This document shows positions 37,523 to 46,649 of a stretch of 60,950 nucleotides of DNA, in pieces. Position 1 is the stretch's first letter, and each line of letters starts with the position of its first letter. Made by a program: the position numbers and the translations under genes. Source of the stretch: an uncultured bacterium. Its GTDB lineage: Bacteria; Zhuqueibacterota; QNDG01; CAYUAG01. The stretch spans positions 1 through 60,950 of the forward strand of contig CAYUAG010000008.1 of NCBI GenBank assembly GCA_964442615.1, written 5' to 3'. The notes beneath the pieces are model-generated. The model saw nothing but the letters and a program-made list of their open reading frames with translations, had not been told where the DNA came from and ran no database searches.

Positions 37523-37731
37523 AAAAAATCGATCATTTCATATTCCTAAAAAATGATTGATATCTAAAATTTATACTATATTCTAAAAAGAATACAGCAT
37601 TAAGCTGATCCTAATTTTCCTTGTTTTCTCTAGTAGTGTGGAGTATATTTTAGATAAGATTGAAAGATACTTAAGTTGGAGTTTTGTACTACTGGCTGTC
37701 AGTTTGTATGCAAAGAAAAAATCGATGATTT
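37523..37731 (+). promoter_or_regulatory. Repeated operator-like motif AAAAAATCGAT[C/G]ATTT (two direct copies plus one inverted partner) upstream of the VIT1 gene
   Basis: Copies at 37523-37538 and 37716-37731 match at 15 of 16 positions. An imperfect inverted partner AAATGATTGATAT lies at 37551-37563. The second copy is about 85 nt upstream of the ATG at 37815. Confidence 0.3.
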
Positions 37732-37814
37732 TTGGGAATTGATTTCTGAGTATTCAAAATACAGAATTTTGTAGAAATTTATTATGCTATCATTTTTAAT
37801 AGGAGAATAATTGT

Positions 37815-38687
37815 ATGGAGATAAGGAAGACATTACAAGATAGATTGCTCATCTATCAGAGAAATGAAATAACTGAATATTATATTTATAAACGATTAGC
37901 AAAAAGATTGAAGTCTGCTCACAATAAAAAAGTGATAGATACAATTGCTGAAGAGGAATACAGTCATTATCAAGCATGGCATTCTTATACTGGTCAGGAT
38001 GTAAAACCCAAAAAGTGGATGATATGGAAGTACTGTTTAATCAGCCGGATATTTGGTTTTACTTTTAGCATAAAACTTATGGAAAGAGGTGAGGAAATTG
38101 CACAGGATGAGTATAATAACCTGAAGGAGTCAATACCTGAGGCAGAAAAGATTATCCGCGATGAAGAAGAACACGAGGAGTCTTTAACAGCCATGCTTCA
38201 GGAGGAAAGACTGCAGTATATCAGTTCTATTGTACTCGGACTTAATGATGCCCTGGTGGAGCTTACTGGAGCTTTAGCCGGATTAACTCTTGCACTACAA
38301 AATTCCCGTCTTATCGTTCTTTCTGCTACTGTTACTGGCATTGCTGCTGCTCTTTCCATGGGTGCTTCGGGATATATCTCTACTAAGGCTGAACAGTCTG
38401 ATAAAAATCCATTCAGAGCTTCCATTTACACAGGAGTAACCTATCTGATAACTGTATTAATTCTTATCCTACCCTTCTTTATATTTAAAAATTTTTATAT
38501 CTCTCTTGCTTGCAGTATTATCTTAGCAGTTGTAATTATTGCATTTTACAATTACTATGTTTCAGTTGCCAAAAGTGTAAATTTTAAGAATCGATTCCTT
38601 GAAATGGTAGTTTTGAGTTTGGGTGTTGCAGGATTAAGTTTTGGAATTGGTTTTGTTCTTCGTGTCTTTTTAGGGATTGAAGTATAA
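37815..38687 (+). CDS. Ferritin/rubrerythrin-like domain fused to a VIT1/CCC1 family iron (Fe2+/Mn2+) transporter
   Basis: N-terminus NEITEYYIYKRLA....EEYSHYQAW...IRDEEEHEESL (ferritin-like EX2H pairs). C-terminus GLNDALVELTGALAGL plus 3-4 further TM helices, typical of VIT1. Confidence 0.8.
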   Translation: MEIRKTLQDRLLIYQRNEITEYYIYKRLAKRLKSAHNKKVIDTIAEEEYSHYQAWHSYTGQDVKPKKWMIWKYCLISRIFGFTFSIKLMERGEEIAQDEYNNLKESIPEAEKIIRDEEEHEESLTAMLQEERLQYISSIVLGLNDALVELTGALAGLTLALQNSRLIVLSATVTGIAAALSMGASGYISTKAEQSDKNPFRASIYTGVTYLITVLILILPFFIFKNFYISLACSIILAVVIIAFYNYYVSVAKSVNFKNRFLEMVVLSLGVAGLSFGIGFVLRVFLGIEV

Positions 38688-38843
38688 ACTATTTTTTAAT
38701 TTAACATTCGAATACAAACGGAATGATTCCCTGTTTCATAAGGTTCTGTACATAGAAACAATACAAGTATTAAGATACAGAGAGTATAGAATGGGGTGAA
38801 TTATATATAATGTTTATTGAATTTTTTTCCTATTAGTGTTTTT

Positions 38844-40718
38844 TTAATTTCCTTTCGGCTTACTAATGCTTATATTTTTTAATGCCTCCTCTGCATAAAG
38901 TCGCACTTCCCAGTCTTCATCCGATTGTGCTGATTGCAGTGCTTTTACAGTTTTTTCTGATTGATAGGATGACAGAGCAAAAACAGCGGCTCGCCGCAGT
39001 TGCTCCTGGCCTTCTTTCAGGGCAGTGATAAGCGGATCTATGGCCTTTTCTGATTGGCTTTCCCCCAGAGCAGTGGCACAGGCGGTCTGCATCCACCAGG
39101 GACCTCTATGCAGTCCGGCAATGAAGACATCAATAGAACGATTCGAACCTAATTTTTTTAATGCCATCCCTACCTTATAATAATCATAATCTTCCCACTC
39201 CTCTAAACAACGAATCAGTGGTTCAATCGTTTCTTTGGCTCTCATTTCTCCCAGAGCCCAGGCGGCCCAACCTGATGTTGCTTGATTTTCACTCTGCAGG
39301 GCTTCAATCAAAGGTTGTATTGCTTGCTGTGAATTCAGGATTCCCAGGGAGCGGGCAGCAGCACTCTCTATCCCCTTTGCCGGATCATGGAGTGCATCTA
39401 TCAAAGGCTGTACAGCTTTTGAGGATCCACTATTTCCTAAAGACCCGGTGGCCACCCGGCGTACAGTTTGATCCGGATCGTCCAGGAGTTTTAGAAGAGG
39501 CTGAACTATTTTCTCTGACTTTACGGATCCCAGGGCATCGGCACAGTACCAGCGGACAAATACATTCTGGTGACCAAGCAGCACTATGAGAGAATCTACA
39601 GCCGGACCATTGATTTCTGATAGAGTCGCAGCAGCTTTCCTCATTTCCCCCCGGTGTTTTGCAGTTTTAATGGTATAAACCAGCTTGTTAATATGCTGTT
39701 CAGATGCACCCTTTTTTCCCGACAGTCGGATTAATCCACTGCTGAAAGCTGAAATAAGCAGGCAGAGAAAAGTATAGAAGGCGATAACTGATAGGATTTC
39801 TCTTTTTTGATCAGGATACTCCTTTTTAAAAATAATTTTTAGTGGCAAAGAGAATAATTTTCGGATAAAACGGGGAAAGGGAAAAAGAAAGGGAGTCTTG
39901 TTCCGAAAAGATGTGTAAGATTCTCCATGCTCTTTCTGCATTTTCCGCTCTTCCAGCATAGCCACAGCCATGATCAGCATGGTTGCCAGCAGCCAGGGAA
40001 GAGTATTGGCAACATCCACATACCGTTTCATGCTGGCGCCGGGAAGGAAGAGGACACCGTAACTCCAGATGATCCAGCCTAAGTACTGGGGATGACGAGA
40101 TAAACGGTAAATCCAGAAATCAGTCACGGATTTATTCCGCACTCTGCCGTACATCCAGGCTAAAACACCAAGAAGAAAGATAAAGAGTCCTAGACCGGTT
40201 ATAACAAAGGGCAGTTCCTTCCAAAGATTAAGGCCGATGAGAGAAGCACCATCCAGAATCCAGTTATAGGGGAGGAGCACAATGTCCCCCAGACGCATTA
40301 TATTAAACGATATGTCCAGAAATGGTAACCAGAGAAAGCGCAGAAAGGCCAGGCCACCCAAAAAGAACATGGTGGCAGCAAAATGACCGAACACAGGTAG
40401 AAAGAGAATAATGGCTCCTGCCGAAGCCAGTCCCTGCTTTTCCAAAAAAAAACCGGTAATAATCAAAGCAAGAATGAGTCCAAGACTGAGATAGCCAATT
40501 AAACGGATGTGGTAATGACTGAGAAAAAGCTCTGTTTTATGATCGGTCAACTCATCCTGTCCAGTAGCCACATCCAGAAAATCAATTTTTTCATGCAGTA
40601 GTTTATCCGCCAGTTTGGGAAGCTCCACTGAGGCAAAAGTGAGTCCTATAGTGAAAATAAGAGCTAGCAGAATAATAAGCAGTGTTTGGTAAATTTTGGT
40701 TTTAGATTGTTTTTTCAT
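38844..40718 (-). CDS. Fusion protein: polytopic membrane ICMT/PEMT-like methyltransferase domain + C-terminal PBS-lyase-type HEAT repeats
   Basis: The N-terminal ~330 aa have multiple TM helices and FWIYRLSRHPQYLGWIIWSYG (the 'RHP.Y.G' motif of isoprenylcysteine carboxyl methyltransferase-like enzymes). The C-terminal ~280 aa hold repeated AV.(S/P)LI..L.D.d..VR..AA.ALG units. Confidence 0.65.
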   Translation of the reverse strand: MKKQSKTKIYQTLLIILLALIFTIGLTFASVELPKLADKLLHEKIDFLDVATGQDELTDHKTELFLSHYHIRLIGYLSLGLILALIITGFFLEKQGLASAGAIILFLPVFGHFAATMFFLGGLAFLRFLWLPFLDISFNIMRLGDIVLLPYNWILDGASLIGLNLWKELPFVITGLGLFIFLLGVLAWMYGRVRNKSVTDFWIYRLSRHPQYLGWIIWSYGVLFLPGASMKRYVDVANTLPWLLATMLIMAVAMLEERKMQKEHGESYTSFRNKTPFLFPFPRFIRKLFSLPLKIIFKKEYPDQKREILSVIAFYTFLCLLISAFSSGLIRLSGKKGASEQHINKLVYTIKTAKHRGEMRKAAATLSEINGPAVDSLIVLLGHQNVFVRWYCADALGSVKSEKIVQPLLKLLDDPDQTVRRVATGSLGNSGSSKAVQPLIDALHDPAKGIESAAARSLGILNSQQAIQPLIEALQSENQATSGWAAWALGEMRAKETIEPLIRCLEEWEDYDYYKVGMALKKLGSNRSIDVFIAGLHRGPWWMQTACATALGESQSEKAIDPLITALKEGQEQLRRAAVFALSSYQSEKTVKALQSAQSDEDWEVRLYAEEALKNISISKPKGN

Positions 40719-40765
40719 TATAAGGGTTCTCCAAGGTAGTGATAATGTTTTTGTTATTGTCTTTC

Positions 40766-42157
40766 TTAGATATTTTTTTTGATCGTTTCTATTACTTTTT
40801 CATTTTTTTTTTTGAAAAACAGATAGGCTGGTGTACCAGCAAGAATAACAGTCAGAGCAATAGAAGATTCCAAGGGCCGCTCCAGAAAAGCCAGAACAAG
40901 AGTAATAACACTGATGACAGCAAAAAGTAAGGGTGGGATAGGGTATCCGGGAAGGGGGGATTTTTCGCTGTCTTTTTTGTTCAGTCTAAATACAGATAGT
41001 ACTGTTAGAATGGGAAAAATTCCTAAAGAAAATCCCATGTAGGTAAGAATCTGATCAAAAGTGCCGCTAAGAACCATCACGCTGGCAAGCATACCTTGAA
41101 TCAGGATTGAGAGAGAAGGGACATGAGATACAGGATTGATTTTTCCAGCAAAACGGAAGAAATAGCCATCTCTAGCCATGGCAAAATAGATACGGGGACC
41201 GAGAAAGATGTAAGCACTTATGGAAGAGAGAAGTGCAAAAGAAATGAACAGGGAAAAGACCGCTTCCATAGAAGATCCAAACAGATGTTTTACAGTCAGT
41301 GCACCAATGGTAATAACTCCTTGCATCTGACCTGGCGGTACTGCATAAACGTATAGTATATTCAGACCAACATAAAGAATCGTAACTGTTACTGTTCCCA
41401 GTATGAGTGCTAAGGGAATGTTTCTGCGAGGTTGTCTGATCTCTGATCCGATATAGGTAGCAGCGTTCCAGCCGCTGAATGCAAAAAAAATCCACATGAG
41501 GGATAGACCTATGGCTTTCCAACCTGAAAGGTCCAAAGTAAATGATTTGCTTTCAGTAAAATGGGACAGGTCTCCATGACCGAGAGAAAATCCAGATATC
41601 AAAAGACAGACGATAATGATGATTTTCAACAGGGTTAATCCATTCTGGATTTTGGCACCAAAACGCACACCGCCTAAATGTACGGCAGTGAAGATTATGA
41701 TAATTGTGAGGGATAATACCTTTTGTATATGTTCCGGCTGATTGATACCGAGTTTACCGGCCCACTCAACAAGCTGGGGACAGGCTTGCAAAAAATAAAC
41801 ACTGGAGGCGATGCTGGAAGCAGCAATAGGCGCTGAAAAACCAACGATAAAAGAAACCCAGCCAGTTAAAAATCCATAGATTGGATGATACAAGCGTGAA
41901 AGGAATACATACTCACCGCCAGCCTGAGGAAAGGTAGCGCCTAATTGCCCATAACAGAAGGCACCGCTGAGGGCAATGATACCGGCTACAACCCACAGAC
42001 CAATCATCAGAAGGGGATGATTGAGGTTCTGCATGAGGAGACCTGAAGTAGTGAAAATACCAGTGCCGATCATGTTGGCAATAACAATGTTGGTCAGTGG
42101 AAAGGAACCCAGTTTCCGCTTTAATCCGTTTTCACACTGCTTGTTATTAATGGACAT
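40766..42157 (-). CDS. APC-superfamily amino acid permease
   Basis: 463 aa with about 12 TM helices. N-terminal LTNIVIANMIGTGIFTTSG (the GSGIF-like motif) and GGEYVFLSRLY. Confidence 0.85.
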   Translation of the reverse strand: MSINNKQCENGLKRKLGSFPLTNIVIANMIGTGIFTTSGLLMQNLNHPLLMIGLWVVAGIIALSGAFCYGQLGATFPQAGGEYVFLSRLYHPIYGFLTGWVSFIVGFSAPIAASSIASSVYFLQACPQLVEWAGKLGINQPEHIQKVLSLTIIIIFTAVHLGGVRFGAKIQNGLTLLKIIIIVCLLISGFSLGHGDLSHFTESKSFTLDLSGWKAIGLSLMWIFFAFSGWNAATYIGSEIRQPRRNIPLALILGTVTVTILYVGLNILYVYAVPPGQMQGVITIGALTVKHLFGSSMEAVFSLFISFALLSSISAYIFLGPRIYFAMARDGYFFRFAGKINPVSHVPSLSILIQGMLASVMVLSGTFDQILTYMGFSLGIFPILTVLSVFRLNKKDSEKSPLPGYPIPPLLFAVISVITLVLAFLERPLESSIALTVILAGTPAYLFFKKKNEKVIETIKKNI

Positions 42158-42158
42158 A

Positions 42159-42818
42159 TTATTTCCTTTTTTTAAAGCTTAAGGAAACGCCAGCAGAACT
42201 AGTTCTGTTGATTGTAGTAGTAAAAGTGGAGTCTGATTTAATTTCATCAAGAAAGTCTGCCATTTCATAACGGGCGTTGCTTACATTATGCGCGGTAATC
42301 ACACCTCCGGGTTTTATCCGTGAACGGATTAAGTTGAAAAATTTGAGATAGTCGTTTTTCCAGGCATCAATGAAAATGAAATCGAAGTCTCCCTCTATTT
42401 TAGGTATTTCTTTGAAAGCATCGCAAATTCGGGAATCAATTACTTTATCTAAATCGGCTTTCTTAAAATTAACCTGAGCCTCTTTGGCTCTCTTAGGTTC
42501 GATCTCCAGGGTAATCAATGTTCCTCCGGTTTTTTTGAAGGCCAGACCTACCCAGAGACTGGAATAGCCGTTAGAGGTGCCGATTTCCAGACCCCGCTTA
42601 TAGCCCTTATTAATAATAAGATCATACAGCAGACGTCCATCTAGGGCAGGCACATTCATGCCGCCATAGGTATGGGGAAGGTATTTCAACAGGGGAAGAA
42701 TTTTTTTATCAGTTATACCCTGGAAAAGATGGGATGACTGGCAATTTCCATTTCTTGATATTAATATGCTTAAACATACTGAGCAGATAATTATTGCATA
42801 ATAGGCTTTACTGATCAT
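42159..42818 (-). CDS. Class I SAM-dependent O-methyltransferase (family 3 / caffeoyl-CoA OMT-like) with an N-terminal signal or anchor
   Basis: GLEIGTSNGYSSLWVGLA...GTLITLEIEPKRAKEAQVNF...FDFIFIDAWKNDY...LIRSRIKPGGVITAHNV. The stop/start is tightly packed against the permease gene. Confidence 0.75.
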   Translation of the reverse strand: MISKAYYAIIICSVCLSILISRNGNCQSSHLFQGITDKKILPLLKYLPHTYGGMNVPALDGRLLYDLIINKGYKRGLEIGTSNGYSSLWVGLAFKKTGGTLITLEIEPKRAKEAQVNFKKADLDKVIDSRICDAFKEIPKIEGDFDFIFIDAWKNDYLKFFNLIRSRIKPGGVITAHNVSNARYEMADFLDEIKSDSTFTTTINRTSSAGVSLSFKKRK

Positions 42819-42839
42819 GATTATTCTCCTATTGATATC

Positions 42840-43489
42840 TCATCTTTTATTTGTCTTTAAATATCTTGCATATGCTTTCTTTGTGGTTAATCCCAAGTGG
42901 CTGTACCAGATACTCCCAATCCTCAGGTAATCATAGATCCGTATGGCGATGACATTCTGCCTATCCCAGTGAATCAGTTTGGTCGGGATTTCATAGAAAC
43001 GCTCCATACGCCAGGTGTTGATACCAGGAATTTCAGCTTTCAGAGGTGTTATGAACCCTGTCCTGCTAATAAAAACACCGTTAAAGTAGACTTCATCTAC
43101 ATCGTTGATTTTTCCGGTAGCTAAAACCAGGGATTCAGTTTCCAGGCTACGGTTGATAACCAGATTTTTCCGGTACCAGGCAAATCCATCCAAGTCAAGA
43201 TATCCTTGGTGCTCCCAGAAACAGGTAACCATGAGGGAATCCCAATCTGATTCATTGAAATCTAACTTAGCCCACACCATACAGTCTCCATGGGAAAATT
43301 TTCACCAGCCCAGCAGTACTGGTTGACAGAAAAGAGAATGCTTTCCAGTTGTTGGTTATATATTTGTTGGATGAGCTGTTCATCTTTGTTTTTTTGCATG
43401 AACGAGTATGTGGTGTAGGTGATTATAGGTAATAGAATGGCCAGAGTGATTATTATGACAAATTTTATTAGATATTTTTTTTCATCCAT
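42840..43489 (-). pseudogene. Frameshifted, truncated sensor ectodomain fragment (galactose-binding-like / 7TMR-DISMED2-type)
   Basis: Two overlapping ORFs (43262-43489 and 42840-43280). Adding one base in the A4T4 run at 43295-43302 joins them into ...WAGEKFSHGDCMVWAKLDFNESDWDSL...GFAWYRKNLVI...LATGKINDVDEVYFNG..I. That matches the 'W.f..GD..Wa...fd.s.W......G..WYR......l.lg.i.d...vyfNG' pattern. No 7TM or output domain follows. Confidence 0.5.
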
Positions 43490-43624
43490 TCCTTTTTATA
43501 AGTAAAATTTAATGGATAATTTTGTGTACTTTTAGAAAATAAGAAGATTTTTAAATTATTGCAAGATTTATAATAAAGTCCCTAAAGGATTTTTTTAATT
43601 TTGCAGGTTAATGTTTTCATGTCT

Positions 43625-43658
43625 AAGTCCTTTACATCCTAAAGGTAAGGACTTTTTT
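43625..43658 (+). terminator. Terminator-like hairpin + T-tract in a divergent intergenic region (possible leader/attenuator or small RNA end)
   Basis: AAGTCCTT (43625-32) pairs perfectly with AAGGACTT (43646-53). The T run covers 43652-43657, so its first two T are the last two stem bases. No plus-strand gene lies upstream. The next plus-strand ATG is at 43954. Confidence 0.35.
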
Positions 43659-43953
43659 CCCACCATAAAATTCATCCTAAATCTTTTTCTTACCAAGAAA
43701 AGGATATTAAAGCATTTTTTGGATAATCCTGTTTAGGATGAGTTTAATAAAACTAAATTCTCATCTAATTTTTTAGATTCCTGAAATTTGATTTTATTTC
43801 TTGATACTATCTTGTTTTATCATTATTTTTTATGAGTTAAAGAAATCATAAATTTTGTAAGATGTGATAAATGGTACAAGTAGAACAAGTCTTTTCAGTA
43901 TATGTCTTATAAACATTGCTAAGTTTATAGGTTGATATTGGGGAGAATGAGAT

Positions 43954-44973
43954 ATGAAAACAGAGCTTTTAGACAAACTTTCTTATAAGGGGCGTACTTT
44001 TTTAGGGGTAAGATATCCCCTGATCTGTGGTGCTATGACCTGGGTAAGTGATCCCAAACTGGTTGCATCTGTTTGTAATGCAGGTGGTTTTGCCTGTCTG
44101 GCCGGAGGAAATACCCCCCCGAAAATTCTGGAAAAACAAATCAGAGAGACACGAAAACTCACTGATAAACCATTTGGAGTTAATCTAATCACCATTGCTC
44201 CTGCTTATAAAGATCATTTGAAGCTGGTTAAGGATCTGAAGCTACCCTTTGTTGTTTTTGCCGGTAGTTTCCCTAAACATTCTGAAGTCCAGTTTGCCAA
44301 AGAAACGGGTGCAAAGATACTTTGCTTTGCATCAACTGAGTCTATAGCGCAGCGTATGATGAAATTTGGAGCAGATGCTTTAATTCTGGAAGGAATGGAA
44401 GCAGGTGGTCATGTAGGTCATGTAACCCTTATCATACTGCTTCAACAGGTGCTGTTCAAGATGCCGGATATCCCTGTTTTTGCAGCGGGCGGTATTGCCA
44501 CAGGAAGAATGTGTGCTCACATGTTGCTTATGGGTGCATCCGGTATACAGTTAGGTACACGATTCGCCATGGCCAAGGAAAGTTGTGCCCATGATCGCTT
44601 CAAAGAAGCATTTATCAAGGCCAAGGCGCGTAATGCAGTATCAACTCCTCAATTTGACAGCCGCCTTCCTGTGGTAGCAGTGAGAGCACTTCGAAACTGC
44701 AGTACAGATGATTTTGGCAGACTTCAATTGAAGCTTATCAACCAAATTGATAAGGGAACTATCCATCGAGCAGAAGCTCAGGAACAAGTGGAGAAGTTTT
44801 GGATGGGTCGTTTACGTGATGCAGTTATTGACGGTGATATTGACCAGGGATCACTTATGGCGGGCCAATCAGTTGGATTGGTGGATAAGGTTTTGTCAGT
44901 ACAGGAGATTATGACTGAATTGATCACAGATGCAGAGGATGAACTAAAGCGTGTGCAGACACTGGTTTCTTAA
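43954..44973 (+). CDS. Nitronate monooxygenase family / FabK-like FMN-dependent enoyl-ACP reductase II
   Basis: YPLICGAMTWVSDPKLVASVCNAGGFACLAGG, GVNLI, ILEGMEAGGHVG and PVFAAGGIATG are NMO/FabK TIM-barrel motifs. Confidence 0.75.
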   Translation: MKTELLDKLSYKGRTFLGVRYPLICGAMTWVSDPKLVASVCNAGGFACLAGGNTPPKILEKQIRETRKLTDKPFGVNLITIAPAYKDHLKLVKDLKLPFVVFAGSFPKHSEVQFAKETGAKILCFASTESIAQRMMKFGADALILEGMEAGGHVGHVTLIILLQQVLFKMPDIPVFAAGGIATGRMCAHMLLMGASGIQLGTRFAMAKESCAHDRFKEAFIKAKARNAVSTPQFDSRLPVVAVRALRNCSTDDFGRLQLKLINQIDKGTIHRAEAQEQVEKFWMGRLRDAVIDGDIDQGSLMAGQSVGLVDKVLSVQEIMTELITDAEDELKRVQTLVS

Positions 44974-45322
44974 ATGGAAGTAAAGGCGTAGCTACCATTT
45001 ACAAGGATTAGAACTAAAGGGACCACTCCGAATTAAGGTTAAAATAGTAATCAAATCTTTGGATATTATGTTTCATTTTTTAATAATTAGGATGTATCAA
45101 ATATTTATTAAAAAGTAAGGGATATTTGTCTATTGATATGAATCTGTCTAAAGATAACCCAAAGTAAGCATAGCACCTATTAACTTAAAAAGAGCATACA
45201 TGTTATCTTATTAAAGGGTAAGTGATTTCAAGATAGACAAAATGTAGGTAAAATCGAGACCTTTACTATTATTTCTGAAGACTTTGAAAAGATAATTTTA
45301 AAAAGTATGAAGGAGGAGAATA

Positions 45323-46555
45323 ATGACCAGTAGAAATATACCAGCACCAATTGCTTCAGGAGAACGGTACCTTTCCTTGGATATGTTGCGTGGTTTTGCT
45401 GTTCTTGGTATTTTGCTTATTAATATCCAAAGTTTTTCCATGATCGAGGCGGCCTATTTAAATCCCACAGCTTATGGGGATCTTACTGGTATTAATAAAT
45501 GGATCTGGATTTTAAGTCATGCCCTAGCTGAACAAAAATTTATATCTTTATTTTCAATTTTGTTTGGTGCCGGAATAGTTTTATTTACCAGCCGTATTGA
45601 ATCCCGGGGATTTAAACCAGCTGGGATTCACTATCGCCGCATATTCTGGCTTTTAGTCATAGGATTAATCCATGCCTATGTTTTTTGGCATGGTGATATT
45701 CTGGTTCCCTATGCTGTGTGTGCCCTGATCGCCTATCTATTTCGAAAACTAAAGCCCGGAACTTTATTGACATTGGGATTGATCATATTTTCTATATCTT
45801 CAATTTTTTATATCCTGAGTGGATTGACTATGTCCAGCTGGCCTCCAGAAGCGATTGAAGGTTTGATGGGATCTTGGAATCCAGGACCAGAACAGGTTGC
45901 CAGAGAACTTGCAGCCTATAGAGGGGGATGGCTCATGCAAATGACTTACCGAGTACCCTCTTCATTAAACTTTCAGACCTTTATTTTTTTGATCTGGACA
46001 GGATGGAGGGTGGGAGGATTAATGCTGCTGGGAATGGCCTTGTATAAGTGGGGTGTGGTTACAGCAAAACAATCAAAAGGATTTTACCTTGCACTCATGA
46101 GTATTGGATTTGGCATTGGTTTGCCGTTGGTTATTTATGGCATTATAAGCAATTTTGCATCAAGCTGGTCTTTGAAATATTCCATGTTTTTGGGTTCTCA
46201 GTTTAACTACTGGGGCAGTTTGTTAGTAGCATTGGGGTATATCGGACTGATAATGCTTATATCTAAATATATAGTTCAAAAAGGAACTAATACACCTCTT
46301 CAGGCAGTGGGAAGACTAGCGTTGTCTAATTATCTCCTCCAGACCCTGATCTGTACTTTTATTTTCTATGGTCATGGATTTGGTTTGTTTGGACAAGCAG
46401 AGCGAATCACCCAATTATTTATGGTGATAGGTATATGGACATTGCAATTGATAATCTCTCCTATCTGGCTGCGGTATTTTCGTTTTGGACCTGCTGAGTG
46501 GATATGGCGGTCTTTGACCTACTGGAAATTTCAGCCCATGCGTTATAAAAATTAA
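45323..46555 (+). CDS. DUF418 (YeiB-like) membrane protein
   Basis: ERYLSLDMLRGFAVLGILLINI at the N-terminus. About 10 TM helices. C-terminus GPAEWIWRSLTYWK, typical of the DUF418 family. Confidence 0.75.
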   Translation: MTSRNIPAPIASGERYLSLDMLRGFAVLGILLINIQSFSMIEAAYLNPTAYGDLTGINKWIWILSHALAEQKFISLFSILFGAGIVLFTSRIESRGFKPAGIHYRRIFWLLVIGLIHAYVFWHGDILVPYAVCALIAYLFRKLKPGTLLTLGLIIFSISSIFYILSGLTMSSWPPEAIEGLMGSWNPGPEQVARELAAYRGGWLMQMTYRVPSSLNFQTFIFLIWTGWRVGGLMLLGMALYKWGVVTAKQSKGFYLALMSIGFGIGLPLVIYGIISNFASSWSLKYSMFLGSQFNYWGSLLVALGYIGLIMLISKYIVQKGTNTPLQAVGRLALSNYLLQTLICTFIFYGHGFGLFGQAERITQLFMVIGIWTLQLIISPIWLRYFRFGPAEWIWRSLTYWKFQPMRYKN

Positions 46556-46649
46556 AATTGATAAAAGTCAATTGTATAGATTTTTTGATTATTCTGGAAA
46601 CTGTGAACAGTATAGCTGTTTGGCGGCCTTAGTTGATAATTTGGAGAGG

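Noticed and set aside
38844-42818. Apparent GC-rich island (about 43-50% GC) suggesting horizontal transfer
   Set aside because: Spot counts in other conserved genes (M14 peptidase about 48%, tricorn-like protease about 43%, dnaJ about 43%, M1 peptidase about 43%) are the same. The contrast is with AT-rich lineage-specific genes and spacers, so this is not a discrete island.
43302-43304. In-frame TGA inside the sensor-ectodomain reading frame, as a hint of stop-codon reassignment (code 4/25)
   Set aside because: TGA is plainly used as a terminator elsewhere (for example the ORF ending at 24876). Very long ORFs read cleanly with the standard code. The upstream sequence in that frame is meaningless, whereas a 1-nt frameshift in the adjacent A4T4 run gives a sensible protein.
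43611-43736. 41-aa ORF (MFSCLSPLHPKGKDFF...) overlapping the terminator-like hairpin
   Set aside because: It has no RBS and no features. It is more parsimoniously non-coding leader or sRNA sequence.
45125-45245. 9-bp inverted repeat TTTGTCTAT / ATAGACAAA about 100 nt apart upstream of the DUF418 gene
   Set aside because: It is short, widely spaced and in AT-rich sequence. This is compatible with chance, and no associated structure or gene logic was found.
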